A stretch of 64,000 nt of DNA from an uncultured delta proteobacterium. GTDB lineage: Bacteria; Myxococcota_A; Polyangia; Polyangiales; Polyangiaceae. The stretch is taken from contig CAWAIF010000003.1 in the NCBI GenBank assembly GCA_963782055.1, positions 4,992,001-5,056,000 of the forward strand, in the 5' to 3' direction. Made by a program: the position numbers and the translations under genes. This document shows, piece by piece, positions 18,029 to 33,887 of the stretch. The notes under the pieces were generated by a model. That model made no database searches. It was not told the origin of the DNA and worked only from the letters and a program-made list of their open reading frames with translations. Every line of letters begins with the position of its first letter. Within the stretch, counting starts at the first letter, position 1.

Positions 18029-18457
18029 TCACCGGGTCGCGAGCGTGTCGCTCTTGAGCACGTGGCCGTCGGCGTCCTGCACCTCGACCTCCATCTCGTG
18101 CGCGCCGGCCACCGGACACGCGCCCCACGTCTGCCAGCGAGGCGACTGACCGATGGAGAGGTGCTGCTTGACGACCTCGCGGCCGTCGCGCTTCCACACC
18201 AGGACGACGTCCTGCGTGTCGCTCGTGTTCTTGATCGCGAGCCAGTAGGTGACCACCGGCGCGTGCGCGGCCGCCGACGCGTCGCCGACCGGCTTGCCCC
18301 CGTCCACCTTGTCGGTGAACGCGCTGGAGACGACCGAGACGGTGCTGGCGGCGGCGGTCGCGGCGGGATCGTCGGCGTGGGCGGTGGCGCCCGCGAAGAG
18401 GGTGACGCCGGCGGCGGCGGCGGCTGCGAAGAGGGACCGGAGGGTGACGATGTTCAT
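18029..18457 (-). CDS. Secreted DUF2914-like protein
   Basis: Signal peptide ending AHA; WKRDGREV...LSIGQSPRWQTW motif. Confidence 0.65.
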   Translation of the reverse strand: MNIVTLRSLFAAAAAAGVTLFAGATAHADDPAATAAASTVSVVSSAFTDKVDGGKPVGDASAAAHAPVVTYWLAIKNTSDTQDVVLVWKRDGREVVKQHLSIGQSPRWQTWGACPVAGAHEMEVEVQDADGHVLKSDTLATR

Positions 18458-18762
18458 GCGGCGGGTGAAGAGCACGCCGCGTGCCGCCCGCAAGTGCGCG
18501 AAACCGGGTATCGGCGCGTGTCCACGCGCCCGCGGTGTGTGCGTTCGCCGCGCCCGCGCCCCAACCCGCAGGCTCACCCTCCCCGTGTGGCGCGCGGAGC
18601 GCGACACCGTGGGGAGGGGCGACACGCGCAGGGCTCGCGCGCAAGCTCTCGTGCGTGCCGAACATGTGCATCCTGCACACATCGACCGGCACGCGCGAAA
18701 GCGAGCACGAGCCCGAGCATGTCGCGGGAGGGGCCCCCTACTTCTTCACCCTCCTCTCGCGG

Positions 18763-20613
<1,851 letters not shown>

Positions 20614-20615
20614 GG

Positions 20616-24320
<3,705 letters not shown>

Positions 24321-24372
24321 CGACTCCTCCGCGGGGCCGGTTGCTCCCCTGCTGGGCGCGCGAGGGCGCCCG

Positions 24373-24390
24373 TGACTGACGTGTCAGTCA
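24373..24390. promoter_or_regulatory. Palindromic operator 1 (putative TetR site)
   Basis: Perfect 8-2-8 inverted repeat TGACTGAC-GT-GTCAGTCA. Confidence 0.75.
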
Positions 24391-24523
24391 GGGAGGCTAT
24401 AGGTCTTCGGGCCCGGCGGGAAGGACTTCCTGATAGCGCGAGAAACGCGCCCTTTGCGCCCATTCTGCCTTCCGATCGGCCGAGTCCCGTCGTCCCTGCG
24501 GGCGCTGGAGGGTGGCGGACTGA

Positions 24524-24539
24524 CTGACGCCGGCGTCAG
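24524..24539. promoter_or_regulatory. Palindromic operator 2 (putative TetR site)
   Basis: Perfect palindrome CTGACGCCGGCGTCAG sharing the core TGAC-N6-GTCA with operator 1. Confidence 0.65.
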
Positions 24540-24610
24540 CCCACCGGTCGCGCTCGCCGCGTGTCGGGCGACGGCTCCGCGCAGGCGCGGGGTGATATAG
24601 AGGTCGCGCG

Positions 24611-25189
24611 ATGGACCGCGAGAAGAGACGCCAGCAGATCCTCGCCCACGCGCGGCAGGTCTTCGCCAAGCACGGCTACCACGCGGCCAAGGTGGACGAC
24701 ATCGTGGCGGCCGCCGGGGTCGCGCGGGGCACCTTCTACCTGTACTTCGAGGACAAGCGCGCCATCTTCGAGGAGATCGTCGACCGGCTGCTGGTGCGCT
24801 TCGGCATGGCCATCGTGCGGGTGGACGTCGGGGGCGACGTGGGCGACCAGGTCAAGGGCACCATCCGCCGCATCGTGAAACTGCTCCTGGAGGAGCGGGT
24901 CACGACGAAGCTGCTGCTCTCCGACGCGCAGGGCGTCGACCCGGCCTTCGATCGCAAGATCCACTCCTTCTTCGAGCAGATGCGCACGCTGCTGGAGGAG
25001 TCGCTGGAGGAGGGCCAGCAGCTCGGCATCGTGGTCAAGGGCGACGCGCGGATGCAGACCGCCTTCGTCATCGGCGCGCTGCGCGAGGTGATGAGCCAGG
25101 TGGTGGTGCGCGGGTGGGACGACACCGAGGAGGAGATCGTCGACGCGCTCTTCGCGTTCCTCCAGGGCGGGTTGCTGGGGAAGAAGTAG
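24611..25189 (+). CDS. TetR/AcrR family transcriptional regulator
   Basis: FAKHGYHAAKVDDIVAAAGVARGTFYLYFEDK. Confidence 0.95.
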   Translation: MDREKRRQQILAHARQVFAKHGYHAAKVDDIVAAAGVARGTFYLYFEDKRAIFEEIVDRLLVRFGMAIVRVDVGGDVGDQVKGTIRRIVKLLLEERVTTKLLLSDAQGVDPAFDRKIHSFFEQMRTLLEESLEEGQQLGIVVKGDARMQTAFVIGALREVMSQVVVRGWDDTEEEIVDALFAFLQGGLLGKK

Positions 25190-25194
25190 GTCGG

Positions 25195-26070
25195 ATGGGG
25201 TCGGGGACAGCGCTGGGGCTGGTGGGGCTGGGGCTCCTGCTCGGGGGATGCCGGACGTCGCCGCCCGCCGAGGTGCATGGGGCGCCTGCTCGGCTCCTGG
25301 CAGGGGTGGTCGCGAAGAGCGCGGTGGGGGTCGTGGACGCGGGCGAGGCCGGAACGTCGGATTGCACGCATGCTTGCAATGGCGACGGTGGGCCCGGAAT
25401 CATGCGGGAACAGCGGGCGGACGTCGGGCCGCACGAGCTGACGATGCTGCCCGGCCGGTCGGTCTGGTATGCCCTTCCCCGCTACGAGGACGCGCACCGC
25501 CTCATAGCCCACCTTCACGGGCAGTGCGCGCCGCCCGTCTACTCCTGCGGCGAGTGGATCGACGCAGGCACCGAGCGGGGCCTCATGGTGTGCCCGACGG
25601 GCAACGCCCACTGCAACGACTCGGGCATGGGGCCGGCGATGTGGGACGAGTCCTTCCGGCTGATGGACCAGGATCTGGAGAAGGGGATCGCGGTGGTGAC
25701 GCGCAAGCTGGACGGCGGCGTCGCGCGGGACGACGAGGTGCTCACCGGCTTCTCCCGCGGCGGCTGGGCGGCGATCCAGATCGTGCGCCGGCACCCGGGG
25801 CGCTGGCCGCACCTCGTCATCGTGGAGGCGGACGTGACGATCACGCGCGCCATCCTCGACGCGGCCAAGGTGAGATCGGTGGCGATGGTCGCCGGCGAGT
25901 GGGGCACCGAGCGCGCGGGCGAGGAGAAGAGCGTGGAGGCGCTGAAGGCGACGGGCTACCCCGCCGAGCTGTTCGTCATGCCGAAGACCGCGCACCTGTA
26001 CTCGGAGGACATCGACGAGGTCATGGGCCGGGCGCTCGACTTCGTCTTGCGCGAGGGCCGCGCTCGATGA
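25195..26070 (+). CDS. Putative esterase-like (alpha/beta) lipoprotein
   Basis: LGGC lipobox, GFSRGG nucleophile elbow, C-terminal His (TAHLY). Confidence 0.7.
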   Translation: MGSGTALGLVGLGLLLGGCRTSPPAEVHGAPARLLAGVVAKSAVGVVDAGEAGTSDCTHACNGDGGPGIMREQRADVGPHELTMLPGRSVWYALPRYEDAHRLIAHLHGQCAPPVYSCGEWIDAGTERGLMVCPTGNAHCNDSGMGPAMWDESFRLMDQDLEKGIAVVTRKLDGGVARDDEVLTGFSRGGWAAIQIVRRHPGRWPHLVIVEADVTITRAILDAAKVRSVAMVAGEWGTERAGEEKSVEALKATGYPAELFVMPKTAHLYSEDIDEVMGRALDFVLREGRAR

Positions 26071-26747
26071 TCGACCTCCTCTACGGCGACCCGCACCTCG
26101 TCGTCGCGGACAAGCCGTCCGGGCTGCTGGTGCATCGCGGCTGGGACAACGACGACGACGTCGCGATGTTTCGCGTGCGCGACGCGCTGGGGCAGCGCGT
26201 GTTTCCCGTGCACCGGCTCGACCGCGGGACGAGCGGCGCGCTCCTCTTCGCGCGGACGCCAGAGGTCGCCGCCGCCCTGACGAGCGCGTTCACCGGCGGG
26301 CGCGTCGAGAAGTCGTACCTCGCGCTCGTCCGCGGACGTCCGCCGGACGAAGGGACGATCGACTACCCGCTCCCGAGGCGCGAGGGCGGGCCGAAGGTCC
26401 CGGCGGTGACGCGCTTCCGCGTGGTCCGGCGGTCGCCCGTCGACCGATGCTCGCTCGTCCTCGCGGCGCCCGAGACGGGGCGCCTGCATCAGGTGCGGCT
26501 TCACCTGCGTCACATCGACCACCCGCTCGTCGGGGACGTGAACCACGGGTCGGGTGCCATCAATCGCCACTACCGCGCCGAGTACGCGCTGCATCGCCTC
26601 GCGCTCCACGCGCTCCGCATCGCGTTCGTGCACCCGGTCACCGGCGCGCGCGTCGACGTCACGGCCCCGGTGCCCGACGACCTCGGGCGCCCGCTGCGAA
26701 TGCTCGGCCTCGCGTGGCCTCCCGAAGACTCGCACGAGGTCGCGTGA
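26067..26747 (+). CDS. RluA-family pseudouridine synthase (TruC-like)
   Basis: DKPSGLLVH, HRLDRGTSG, TGRLHQVR, HPLVGD; ATGA overlap with the upstream gene. Confidence 0.9.
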   Translation: MIDLLYGDPHLVVADKPSGLLVHRGWDNDDDVAMFRVRDALGQRVFPVHRLDRGTSGALLFARTPEVAAALTSAFTGGRVEKSYLALVRGRPPDEGTIDYPLPRREGGPKVPAVTRFRVVRRSPVDRCSLVLAAPETGRLHQVRLHLRHIDHPLVGDVNHGSGAINRHYRAEYALHRLALHALRIAFVHPVTGARVDVTAPVPDDLGRPLRMLGLAWPPEDSHEVA

Positions 26748-27406
26748 GCCGCCGCGACAACGCCCACCTCCGCTGCCCCCGCTGCCGGATGCACGGCAGC
26801 CTCTGCATCTGCGCGCTCATCCCGCGCATCGAGACGCGCACGCGCCTGGTCCTCTTGATCCATCGCCTCGAGCTGCGGAAGCCGACGAACACCGGGCGCC
26901 TCGCGGCCTTGTGCCTGCCCAACAGCGAGGTCCTCGTGCGCGGTCACGCCGACGCGGCCGCCGCGCCCTTCAAGCCCCGGCCCGGCGTGCGCAGCGTGCT
27001 CCTCTTCCCCGCCGGAGACGCCATACCACTCGACGCGCTGCCCCCCTCGCGGCTGCCCACCGCGCTCCTCGTGCCGGACGGGACGTGGCGACAGGCCTCG
27101 AAGGTGCGAAACCGGGTCGACGGACTTCGTGACCTGCCGTGCGTCTCGCCGCCGCCGGAGGCGCCGTCGACGTATCGCCTCCGCGCCGAGGCGCACGCGC
27201 ACGGGCTCGCGACGATCGAGGCCATCGCCCGCGCGATGGGCGTCCTCGAGGGGATGCACGTGCGGCGCGCGCTGGAGCTCGTGTTCCGGGCGATGGTCGA
27301 ACGAACGCTGTGGGCGCGCGGGGAGATCGCGGCGACCGACGTGACCGGCGGCATCCCGGCGGGCGCCTTGCGGCACGACCTGCGAAGCGGACTGCGGGCC
27401 GTCTAA
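26744..27406 (+). CDS. DTW-domain tRNA-uridine aminocarboxypropyltransferase-like protein
   Basis: CPRC...CIC, KPTNTG, LLFP, DGTW, LATIEA; GTGA overlap. Confidence 0.9.
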   Translation: MSRRDNAHLRCPRCRMHGSLCICALIPRIETRTRLVLLIHRLELRKPTNTGRLAALCLPNSEVLVRGHADAAAAPFKPRPGVRSVLLFPAGDAIPLDALPPSRLPTALLVPDGTWRQASKVRNRVDGLRDLPCVSPPPEAPSTYRLRAEAHAHGLATIEAIARAMGVLEGMHVRRALELVFRAMVERTLWARGEIAATDVTGGIPAGALRHDLRSGLRAV

Positions 27407-27437
27407 TCCAGGCGGAGCGCGGCGGGACGGAGGTCCC

Positions 27438-27923
27438 TCACCGGCGCACCGCGCCGCGGCGGCGGAGCGCGCGCTCGACGCGCTCCGGCAGCGACGGGCC
27501 GATCGCGAAGACGCACCACGCCTCGCACTCGTCCACGCGGGGGCGCACCGGACGCGCGGCGTCCAGGAAGAACTCGATGGCCTCCTCCAGCGATTCGTTG
27601 GCGTGCGAGGAGGTCCACACCACGTCGGCGGATCGCTCGGCGCCGTCGCGTCGCGAGACGGCCTCCGCGACGACGTCGTCGAAGCCCTCCTCGGTGAGCG
27701 CGCAGCCCGGTCCCCACGCGCACGCGAAGGCGAGACCCTGGTCGAGCGCGCGACGGGCGAGCGGCTCGACGTCCTCGGCGTGCTCGGCGGCCACGAGCAG
27801 CCCGAAGGTCGTGCACGACCATGGAAGCGCGTCCGGCCACTCGTCGACGTCCCGTGCGGCGATGACCCAGACGCGCCGACCGGAGTGTGGGTCGGTCCAG
27901 CGCTGCATGGGAGTGAGAAACAC
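27438..27923 (-). CDS. Hypothetical protein
   Basis: Protein-like composition (CAWGPGC, WTSSHANESLEEAIEFF). Confidence 0.65.
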   Translation of the reverse strand: MFLTPMQRWTDPHSGRRVWVIAARDVDEWPDALPWSCTTFGLLVAAEHAEDVEPLARRALDQGLAFACAWGPGCALTEEGFDDVVAEAVSRRDGAERSADVVWTSSHANESLEEAIEFFLDAARPVRPRVDECEAWCVFAIGPSLPERVERALRRRGAVRR

Positions 27924-28011
27924 TTCGCAGAAGGAGGCGCGTTCGTCGAGGGGAACTCTGCACGCCGCGCCAGGATGCCCCGCCCCCCCCCAACCGTCGC
28001 CCGCGCGCGGT

Positions 28012-28731
28012 CTACCGCTGAGCGGCGGCCCGCGCGAAGGCCTGCATGAGCGCGGTGGCGTGCGGCGCGTCGGCCACGCCGGCGCGGATGCGCTCGAACG
28101 GCAGGCCCTCGGCCTCGACGAGGTGGCGACGCGCGTCCATGTAACCGCGCATCACGTCGGCGTCGATCTCCGGGTGAGGCTGCACCGCCCAGGCGCGCCC
28201 CACGCGGAAGGCGGCGTTGGGATCCAGATCGGTCCGGGCGAGGCGCGTGGCGCCGGAGGGGAGGCGATCCACCGCGTCGACGTGCGTGGCGTTGACATCG
28301 AAGCGCGGCGGCAGCGCGCCGAAGACGGCGTCGCCCCGCGCGTCCTCGGTGGTGTGCAACGTCACCGTGCCGATCTCGCGGCCGCGTGCGTTGCGGGTCA
28401 CGCTTCCGCCGAGCGCCTGGGCCAGGAGCTGGTGGCCGAAGCAGATGGCGAGCACGGGGACATCGGCGGCCATCACCTCCCGCAGCCAGGCCTCGGTGCG
28501 GACCATCCACCCGGCGCGCTCGGTCACGCTGCTGGCCGAGCCCGTGAGGACGAAGGCTCCGGCCGACCGCGGGGAGGGCAGCGGGGCCTCCCCGCGGGCA
28601 TCGTGCTCGGCCCACGGGCCGGCCCACGCCCGGCCCACGCCGCCGCGGATCCAGCCGAAGAACTCGCCACGGCGGGCGGCCACCTCCGGCACGGCGTCCC
28701 CCATCCGAATGACCCATAGGGGGGTGTCCAT
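28012..28731 (-). CDS. Class I glutamine amidotransferase
   Basis: LTGS, ICFGHQ, HVDAV, QPHPE. Confidence 0.92.
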   Translation of the reverse strand: MDTPLWVIRMGDAVPEVAARRGEFFGWIRGGVGRAWAGPWAEHDARGEAPLPSPRSAGAFVLTGSASSVTERAGWMVRTEAWLREVMAADVPVLAICFGHQLLAQALGGSVTRNARGREIGTVTLHTTEDARGDAVFGALPPRFDVNATHVDAVDRLPSGATRLARTDLDPNAAFRVGRAWAVQPHPEIDADVMRGYMDARRHLVEAEGLPFERIRAGVADAPHATALMQAFARAAAQR

Positions 28732-28835
28732 CACAAGGAAGCTTAACACCGCGCGAGGACCGCGGGGACGTGCCACCGCGCGGCCGCCGTGATAAAGAGA
28801 CGAGCTTGCGGGGCGCCAGGCCCCGCGCCTTGGCC

Positions 28836-29702
28836 ATGAGCATCGACCGTCCGACGTCCTTCTGGCTGCGCCTGCTCAGGCAACGACGCGAGCGCATGTA
28901 CGAGGACAAGCTGGACCTCGCCCGGCCCGTCGAGTGGGACAGCCCGGAGGAGAGGGAGTCCGCCGTCGCCTTCTTCAACGCGGCGTTCCGTGCGGAGGAG
29001 TCCGGGCTGCGCCAGGCCCACGACCTCGCGGACGAGGTGGCCTCGTGGGACCCCGACCTCGCCGAGTGCCTGCGCCTCTACGGCGACGAGGAGGGCTGGC
29101 ACAGGCAGCTTCTGACGGAGTTCCTCGGCTACATCGGCGGCACGGTCCGGCCGATGGGCCCCACCACCCGCACCTTCTACAAGCTGTACGGGCGGGCCGA
29201 GCGCATGGAGACGATCGTCCTCACCAACCTCATGTTCGAGACCATCGGCTCCACCACCTACCGGCTCGCCCTGCGCACGGCCAAGGCGCGGCCGGCCGTC
29301 CGGCAGATGCTCACCATCCTGACGCGCGACGAGTCCTTCCACGTCCCGCTCAACGTCCACTTCCTGAGGCGCATCCTGGAGCGCACGCCCCGCACCGCGC
29401 GCCCCCGCATGCGCGCGATCTACCACCTGCTGGGCGCGAGCCTGGTCGCCTCCGCCGCCGCCAGCCGGCGCCGCGCCAAGCACTTCGACCACATCCCCTT
29501 CCGCACGCTCTCGCGTGCGTACGCCGAGCAGCTCGGCAAGCTCTTCGTTCACGCCGACGATCTCGGCCTCTCGCCCTCGCGCCTGCTGCTCGCCAGCGTG
29601 GGGCTGCGCCGGCGCGATCTCCAGGACACCAGCGACATCATCAGCGCCGATGCGGCGGAGGCGGCGGCTGACCGGACACGGGTCGTCGTGAAAGCCCTCT
29701 GA
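28836..29702 (+). CDS. Ferritin-like / diiron oxygenase-fold protein
   Basis: RAEESG, DEEGWH, FETIG, DESFH. Confidence 0.8.
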   Translation: MSIDRPTSFWLRLLRQRRERMYEDKLDLARPVEWDSPEERESAVAFFNAAFRAEESGLRQAHDLADEVASWDPDLAECLRLYGDEEGWHRQLLTEFLGYIGGTVRPMGPTTRTFYKLYGRAERMETIVLTNLMFETIGSTTYRLALRTAKARPAVRQMLTILTRDESFHVPLNVHFLRRILERTPRTARPRMRAIYHLLGASLVASAAASRRRAKHFDHIPFRTLSRAYAEQLGKLFVHADDLGLSPSRLLLASVGLRRRDLQDTSDIISADAAEAAADRTRVVVKAL

Positions 29703-29707
29703 CGAGA

Positions 29708-31897
29708 ATGTTGCTCCGGCGCTCCGCCCGCCTGCTCGCCGCCGCGATGGCCGCCTCTTCGGCACTCGCCAACGCCCGTTGCAGCAGCGAGCCTCCACCC
29801 GGGCCGGGCACCACCCGGGCGAGCGTGCTGGCTCACGACATTCCCGGCTACGACGCCCGCCCGCACACCACCTGCGTCGCCTTCCCCGCGCCGGCCGCGC
29901 CGGTGAAGATCGAGCCGGCGTTCGGGAGCTCGACGTTCACGTACCCCACGCGCGTGGTGCACCCCTCGTGGGGCGGCGCGCCGTTCTACGTCCTGGAGAA
30001 GAACGGCCTCATCAAGCGCGTGGAGGGCAAGGGCGACTCCGCGGTCGTCACCGTCTTCGCCGACCTCACCCCCCTGATCCCGATCGACGTCGACCCGAAC
30101 GAGAGCGGCGTGCTCGGCATGGCCTTCGACCCCAACTTCCAGCAGAACGGCCAGGTCTTCCTCTCGTACAGCCGCAAGTACACCGGCCCCGACCCCAACG
30201 TGCTCCTGCTGGGCGTCATCACGCGCGCCATCAGCAAGGACGGCGGCCTCACCCTCGACATGTCCACCCAGCAAGACGTGCTCGCCATCGACCGTCTCGC
30301 CATCGGCCACAACGGCGGCAACATCGCCTTCGGTCCGGACGGTTACCTGTACGCCGGCTTCGGCGACGGCAACTTCGGCGACTGGATGGGCAACGCCCAG
30401 AACGACGGCGCGCTGCTCGGCAAGGTGCTGCGCCTGGATGTGAGCGCCCAGCCCTACGCCATCCCCCCGGACAACCCCTTCGCGCAGGGAGGCGGTGCCC
30501 CGGAGATCTATGCCAAGGGCTTCCGCAACCCGTGGTGCTTCTCCTTCGACCCGCCCACAGGCGACCTGTGGCTCGGCGACGTCGGCCACGACAACTGGGA
30601 GGAGGTGGACGTCATCCACAACGGCGGCAACTACGGCTGGAACGTGACGGAGGGTGACCACTGCTTCGGCGAGGAGGACGACGAGTGCGACCAGGACGGC
30701 CTGACCAAGCCGCTCTTCGAGTACTCGCACCTCGATGGCGCCGCCATCACCGGCGGCTACGTCTACCGCGGCAAGGCGCTGCCCTCCCTCGCGGGCAAGT
30801 ACGTCTTCGGCGACTTCGGCTTCGGCACCATCTGGGAGCTCGACCAGGACGCGCTGACGCAGACGTACTTCAGCAAGGAGCTGCTCCCGACCGGCAAGTC
30901 CATCACCTCCTTCGCGACCGACGACGACGGCGAGCTCTACTTCACCGACATCGCCGGCGGCGTGGTCTACGAGCTGGTAGCCAACGACGTGACCGGCTCA
31001 CCGCCGCCCGGCCTGCTCAGCCAGACCGGCTGCGTCGACTCGGACGACCCGACGAAGGTCCCGCCCGGCGTCATCCCCTATGACGTCAACGTCTCCTTCT
31101 GGTCGGACGGCGCCGGCAAGGAGCGCTACCTCTCCGTCCCGGACGACGAGCACGCCACGGTGCTGCAGGACGGCGAGCTGGACCTCCCGGCCGGCTCGGT
31201 GCTGATGAAGACCTTCCTGCTCGGCGGCAAGCGCATCGAGACACGCCTGATGGTCCACCACGGGGACGTCGGCTGGGCCGGCTACACCTACGAGTGGAAC
31301 GACCAGCAGACCGACGCCACCCTCCTCGACGACGGCAAGGTGGCGCAGAAGAACGGGCAGGACTGGCTCTACCCCGGCCGCGCGCAGTGCATGTTCTGCC
31401 ACACCTCGGCCGCGAACCGGACGCTCGGCATGGAGCTAGACCAGCTCGACCGGGACCACACCTACCCCAACGGCCGCGTCGCCAACCAGCTCACCACCCT
31501 CTACGCCATCGGGGTGATCGCGCAGCCGCCGGACCCGCAGCTCGTGGTTCCCCTCGCGCCCATCGACTCCGACGCGCCGCTCAATCTGCGCGTGCGGAGC
31601 TGGCTCCACGTCAACTGCTCCAACTGTCACCGGCCCTCCGGTCCCGGCGGAGGCAGCGCGGACTTCCGCATCGACGGCCCGAGCACGCACCTCTGCAACG
31701 TGAGCCCCGTCGCCGGCGACCAGGGCGTCGCGGGCGCCAAGCTCGTGGTGCCGGGCGAGCCGGACCACTCGCTCGTGCTGCTGCGCGCGGGCACGCGCGA
31801 GTCGGGCAAGATGCCGCCGCTCGGCTCCTTCCGCGTCGACGACGAGGCGATGAGCGCGCTGGCCGGGTGGATCGCCGGCACGAGCGATTGCGAGTGA
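29708..31897 (+). CDS. PQQ-dependent sugar dehydrogenase (GSDH) propeller fused to a diheme c domain
   Basis: HNGGNIAFGPDGYLY..GDG, GFRNPW, GDVG, GGNYGW, ITGGYVYRG; CMFCH, CSNCH, MPPLG. Confidence 0.9.
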   Translation: MLLRRSARLLAAAMAASSALANARCSSEPPPGPGTTRASVLAHDIPGYDARPHTTCVAFPAPAAPVKIEPAFGSSTFTYPTRVVHPSWGGAPFYVLEKNGLIKRVEGKGDSAVVTVFADLTPLIPIDVDPNESGVLGMAFDPNFQQNGQVFLSYSRKYTGPDPNVLLLGVITRAISKDGGLTLDMSTQQDVLAIDRLAIGHNGGNIAFGPDGYLYAGFGDGNFGDWMGNAQNDGALLGKVLRLDVSAQPYAIPPDNPFAQGGGAPEIYAKGFRNPWCFSFDPPTGDLWLGDVGHDNWEEVDVIHNGGNYGWNVTEGDHCFGEEDDECDQDGLTKPLFEYSHLDGAAITGGYVYRGKALPSLAGKYVFGDFGFGTIWELDQDALTQTYFSKELLPTGKSITSFATDDDGELYFTDIAGGVVYELVANDVTGSPPPGLLSQTGCVDSDDPTKVPPGVIPYDVNVSFWSDGAGKERYLSVPDDEHATVLQDGELDLPAGSVLMKTFLLGGKRIETRLMVHHGDVGWAGYTYEWNDQQTDATLLDDGKVAQKNGQDWLYPGRAQCMFCHTSAANRTLGMELDQLDRDHTYPNGRVANQLTTLYAIGVIAQPPDPQLVVPLAPIDSDAPLNLRVRSWLHVNCSNCHRPSGPGGGSADFRIDGPSTHLCNVSPVAGDQGVAGAKLVVPGEPDHSLVLLRAGTRESGKMPPLGSFRVDDEAMSALAGWIAGTSDCE

Positions 31898-31978
31898 CCG
31901 GCCGCAGGTGACGCGGGAATCCGCGGGGAGGTTCGTGTGTTGGAGACACGAATCCCAGCCCACACGGAAACATCGCCC

Positions 31979-33418
31979 ATGCTGTATCGCAGTCTCGTCC
32001 TGTCCACCCTCGCCTTCGTTCTCGCCACCGGGTGCAACCACGCCGCTGCCGCCGCGTCACCCGGCGCCGTACCCTCCACGCCCGCGCCTTTCGCGTCGCC
32101 GCCGGTGCTCGCCGGCACGCCGGACATCGCCACGCTCGTGTCGCGCGTGCGCCCGGGCGTCGTGACGATCACCACCACGAAGGCCGTCAAGCTCTCCAGC
32201 GCGCCGATGCCCTTCCCCGGCGGCTTCGGCAACTTCTTCGGCGGGCACGGCTTCATGATCCCGCGGCAGGGCAACGGCGGAAACGGCGGCACCATGGAGC
32301 AGCACGCCGCCGGCTCCGGCTTCATCGTCGACGCCGCGGGCCACGTCATCACCAACGCGCACGTCGTGGAGGGGGCGGATGTCGTGAAGGTCAAACTCGA
32401 GGATGGACGCGAGCTCGACGCCAAGGTCGTAGGCCGCGACAAGCGGATGGACGTGGCGCTGCTGCAGCTCCAGGGCGCGAAGGGCCTTCCGGCGGTCTCG
32501 CTGGGCTCGAGCAAGGAGATGCGCGTCGGCGACTACGTCGTCGCGATGGGCAACCCCTTCGGCCTGGGCGACACGGTGACGATGGGCATCATCAGCGCCA
32601 AGAGCCGGGAGATCGGCGCGGGCCCCTACGACGACTTCATCCAGACCGACGCCTCCATCAACCCCGGCAACAGCGGCGGGCCGCTCTTCAACCTGCGCGG
32701 TCAGGTCATCGGCATCAACACCGCGATCAACCCCAACGGCCAGGGCATCGGCTTCGCCATCCCGGTCGACGCGGTGAAGGAGATCCTGCCGCAGCTCATG
32801 ACCAAGGGGCACGTCGACCGCGGCCGGCTCGGCGTGGTGGTGCAGCCGGTGGACCAGCCGATGGCGCAGGCGCTCGGCCTGAGCAAGCCGGCGGGCGCGC
32901 TCGTCGCGCAGGTGCAGAAGGGCAGCCCCGGCGAGAAGGCGGGCATCCAGGCGGGCGACCTGATCCTCGCGGTGGACGGCACGCCCATCGCGCGGGAGCA
33001 GGACCTTCCGCGCATCGTGGCCCGGCACGCGCCCGGCGCGCACGTGTCGGTCAAGGTGCTGCGCGACGGCAAGACTGTGACGCTCGGCGCGACGCTCGAC
33101 GAGCTGAAGGAGACCGCGACGACCGGCGACTCGCAGGACGACGACGGCTCGACGGCGCCCGCGCCCGGCAGCCTGGGCATCGCCACGCGCGACGCCCCGG
33201 ACGGAAGCGGCGCGCTGGTCGGCGGCGTGCGGCCGGAGTCGCCGGCGGACGGGCGGCTGCGCCCGGGCGACGTCATCGTGCAGGTGAACCACCACCCGGT
33301 AACCAGCGCGAGCGATCTGGAGGCGCAGGTGAAGGCCGCCCCGAAGGACCGGCCGGTGGTGCTGGAGGTGCGCCGCGGGAGCGACACGCACTTCGTGGCG
33401 ATCCCGCACGAGCCCTGA
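31979..33418 (+). CDS. DegP/DegQ (Do family) serine protease with two PDZ domains
   Basis: GSGFI, TNAHVV, DVALL, QTDASINPGNSGG. Confidence 0.95.
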   Translation: MLYRSLVLSTLAFVLATGCNHAAAAASPGAVPSTPAPFASPPVLAGTPDIATLVSRVRPGVVTITTTKAVKLSSAPMPFPGGFGNFFGGHGFMIPRQGNGGNGGTMEQHAAGSGFIVDAAGHVITNAHVVEGADVVKVKLEDGRELDAKVVGRDKRMDVALLQLQGAKGLPAVSLGSSKEMRVGDYVVAMGNPFGLGDTVTMGIISAKSREIGAGPYDDFIQTDASINPGNSGGPLFNLRGQVIGINTAINPNGQGIGFAIPVDAVKEILPQLMTKGHVDRGRLGVVVQPVDQPMAQALGLSKPAGALVAQVQKGSPGEKAGIQAGDLILAVDGTPIAREQDLPRIVARHAPGAHVSVKVLRDGKTVTLGATLDELKETATTGDSQDDDGSTAPAPGSLGIATRDAPDGSGALVGGVRPESPADGRLRPGDVIVQVNHHPVTSASDLEAQVKAAPKDRPVVLEVRRGSDTHFVAIPHEP

Positions 33419-33432
33419 CCCCGCGCGGGGAC

Positions 33433-33480
33433 AAAAGACGAGCGCCGCGCCCTCGCGAGGAGGACGCGGCGTTCGTGTTT
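33433..33480. terminator. Probable bidirectional intrinsic terminator
   Basis: AAAAG-ACGAGCGCCGCG...CGCGGCGTTCGT-GTTT stem between convergent genes. Confidence 0.6.
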
Positions 33481-33494
33481 CGTGCGCGCGAGCG

Positions 33495-33728
33495 TCAGGG
33501 GGTGCCGGGTGTGCCGCCGCCACCCGCGGGGCTACCCAGCATCGTGGTGGCGAGCTGGTTGATGTTGCTCGAGAGCTTGACGATGTTGTTGAGCGCGTCG
33601 ACCTGCGCCGGCTGGTCCGGCGGGCCCGGCGGCTTCTGGCCGTTGACCCGCTCGAGCGCGGCGTGGGCCAGACGCAGCGTGCCGACGATGGCCTGAAGCT
33701 CGAGGGTGATGACTTGATCGCTTGCCAT
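33495..33728 (-). CDS. Small hypothetical helical protein (77 aa)
   Basis: GGAGG SD before ATG 33728; MASDQVITLELQAIVGTLRLAHAALERV. Confidence 0.7.
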   Translation of the reverse strand: MASDQVITLELQAIVGTLRLAHAALERVNGQKPPGPPDQPAQVDALNNIVKLSSNINQLATTMLGSPAGGGGTPGTP

Positions 33729-33887
33729 TGAAGAGACCTCCATTGAGCGAGCCCCGAGGCCGCGCGCTGCCCTGCCCCGCAAGCTGCGGTGGTACTGCTG
33801 GTGGCTCGCCCGCCCCTGCGTCGACGACCCTGCGAGCCGGCCAACAGCGCCGGCCCGGCGAGCTCAGCCGATGCTAGCATCGCCGCC

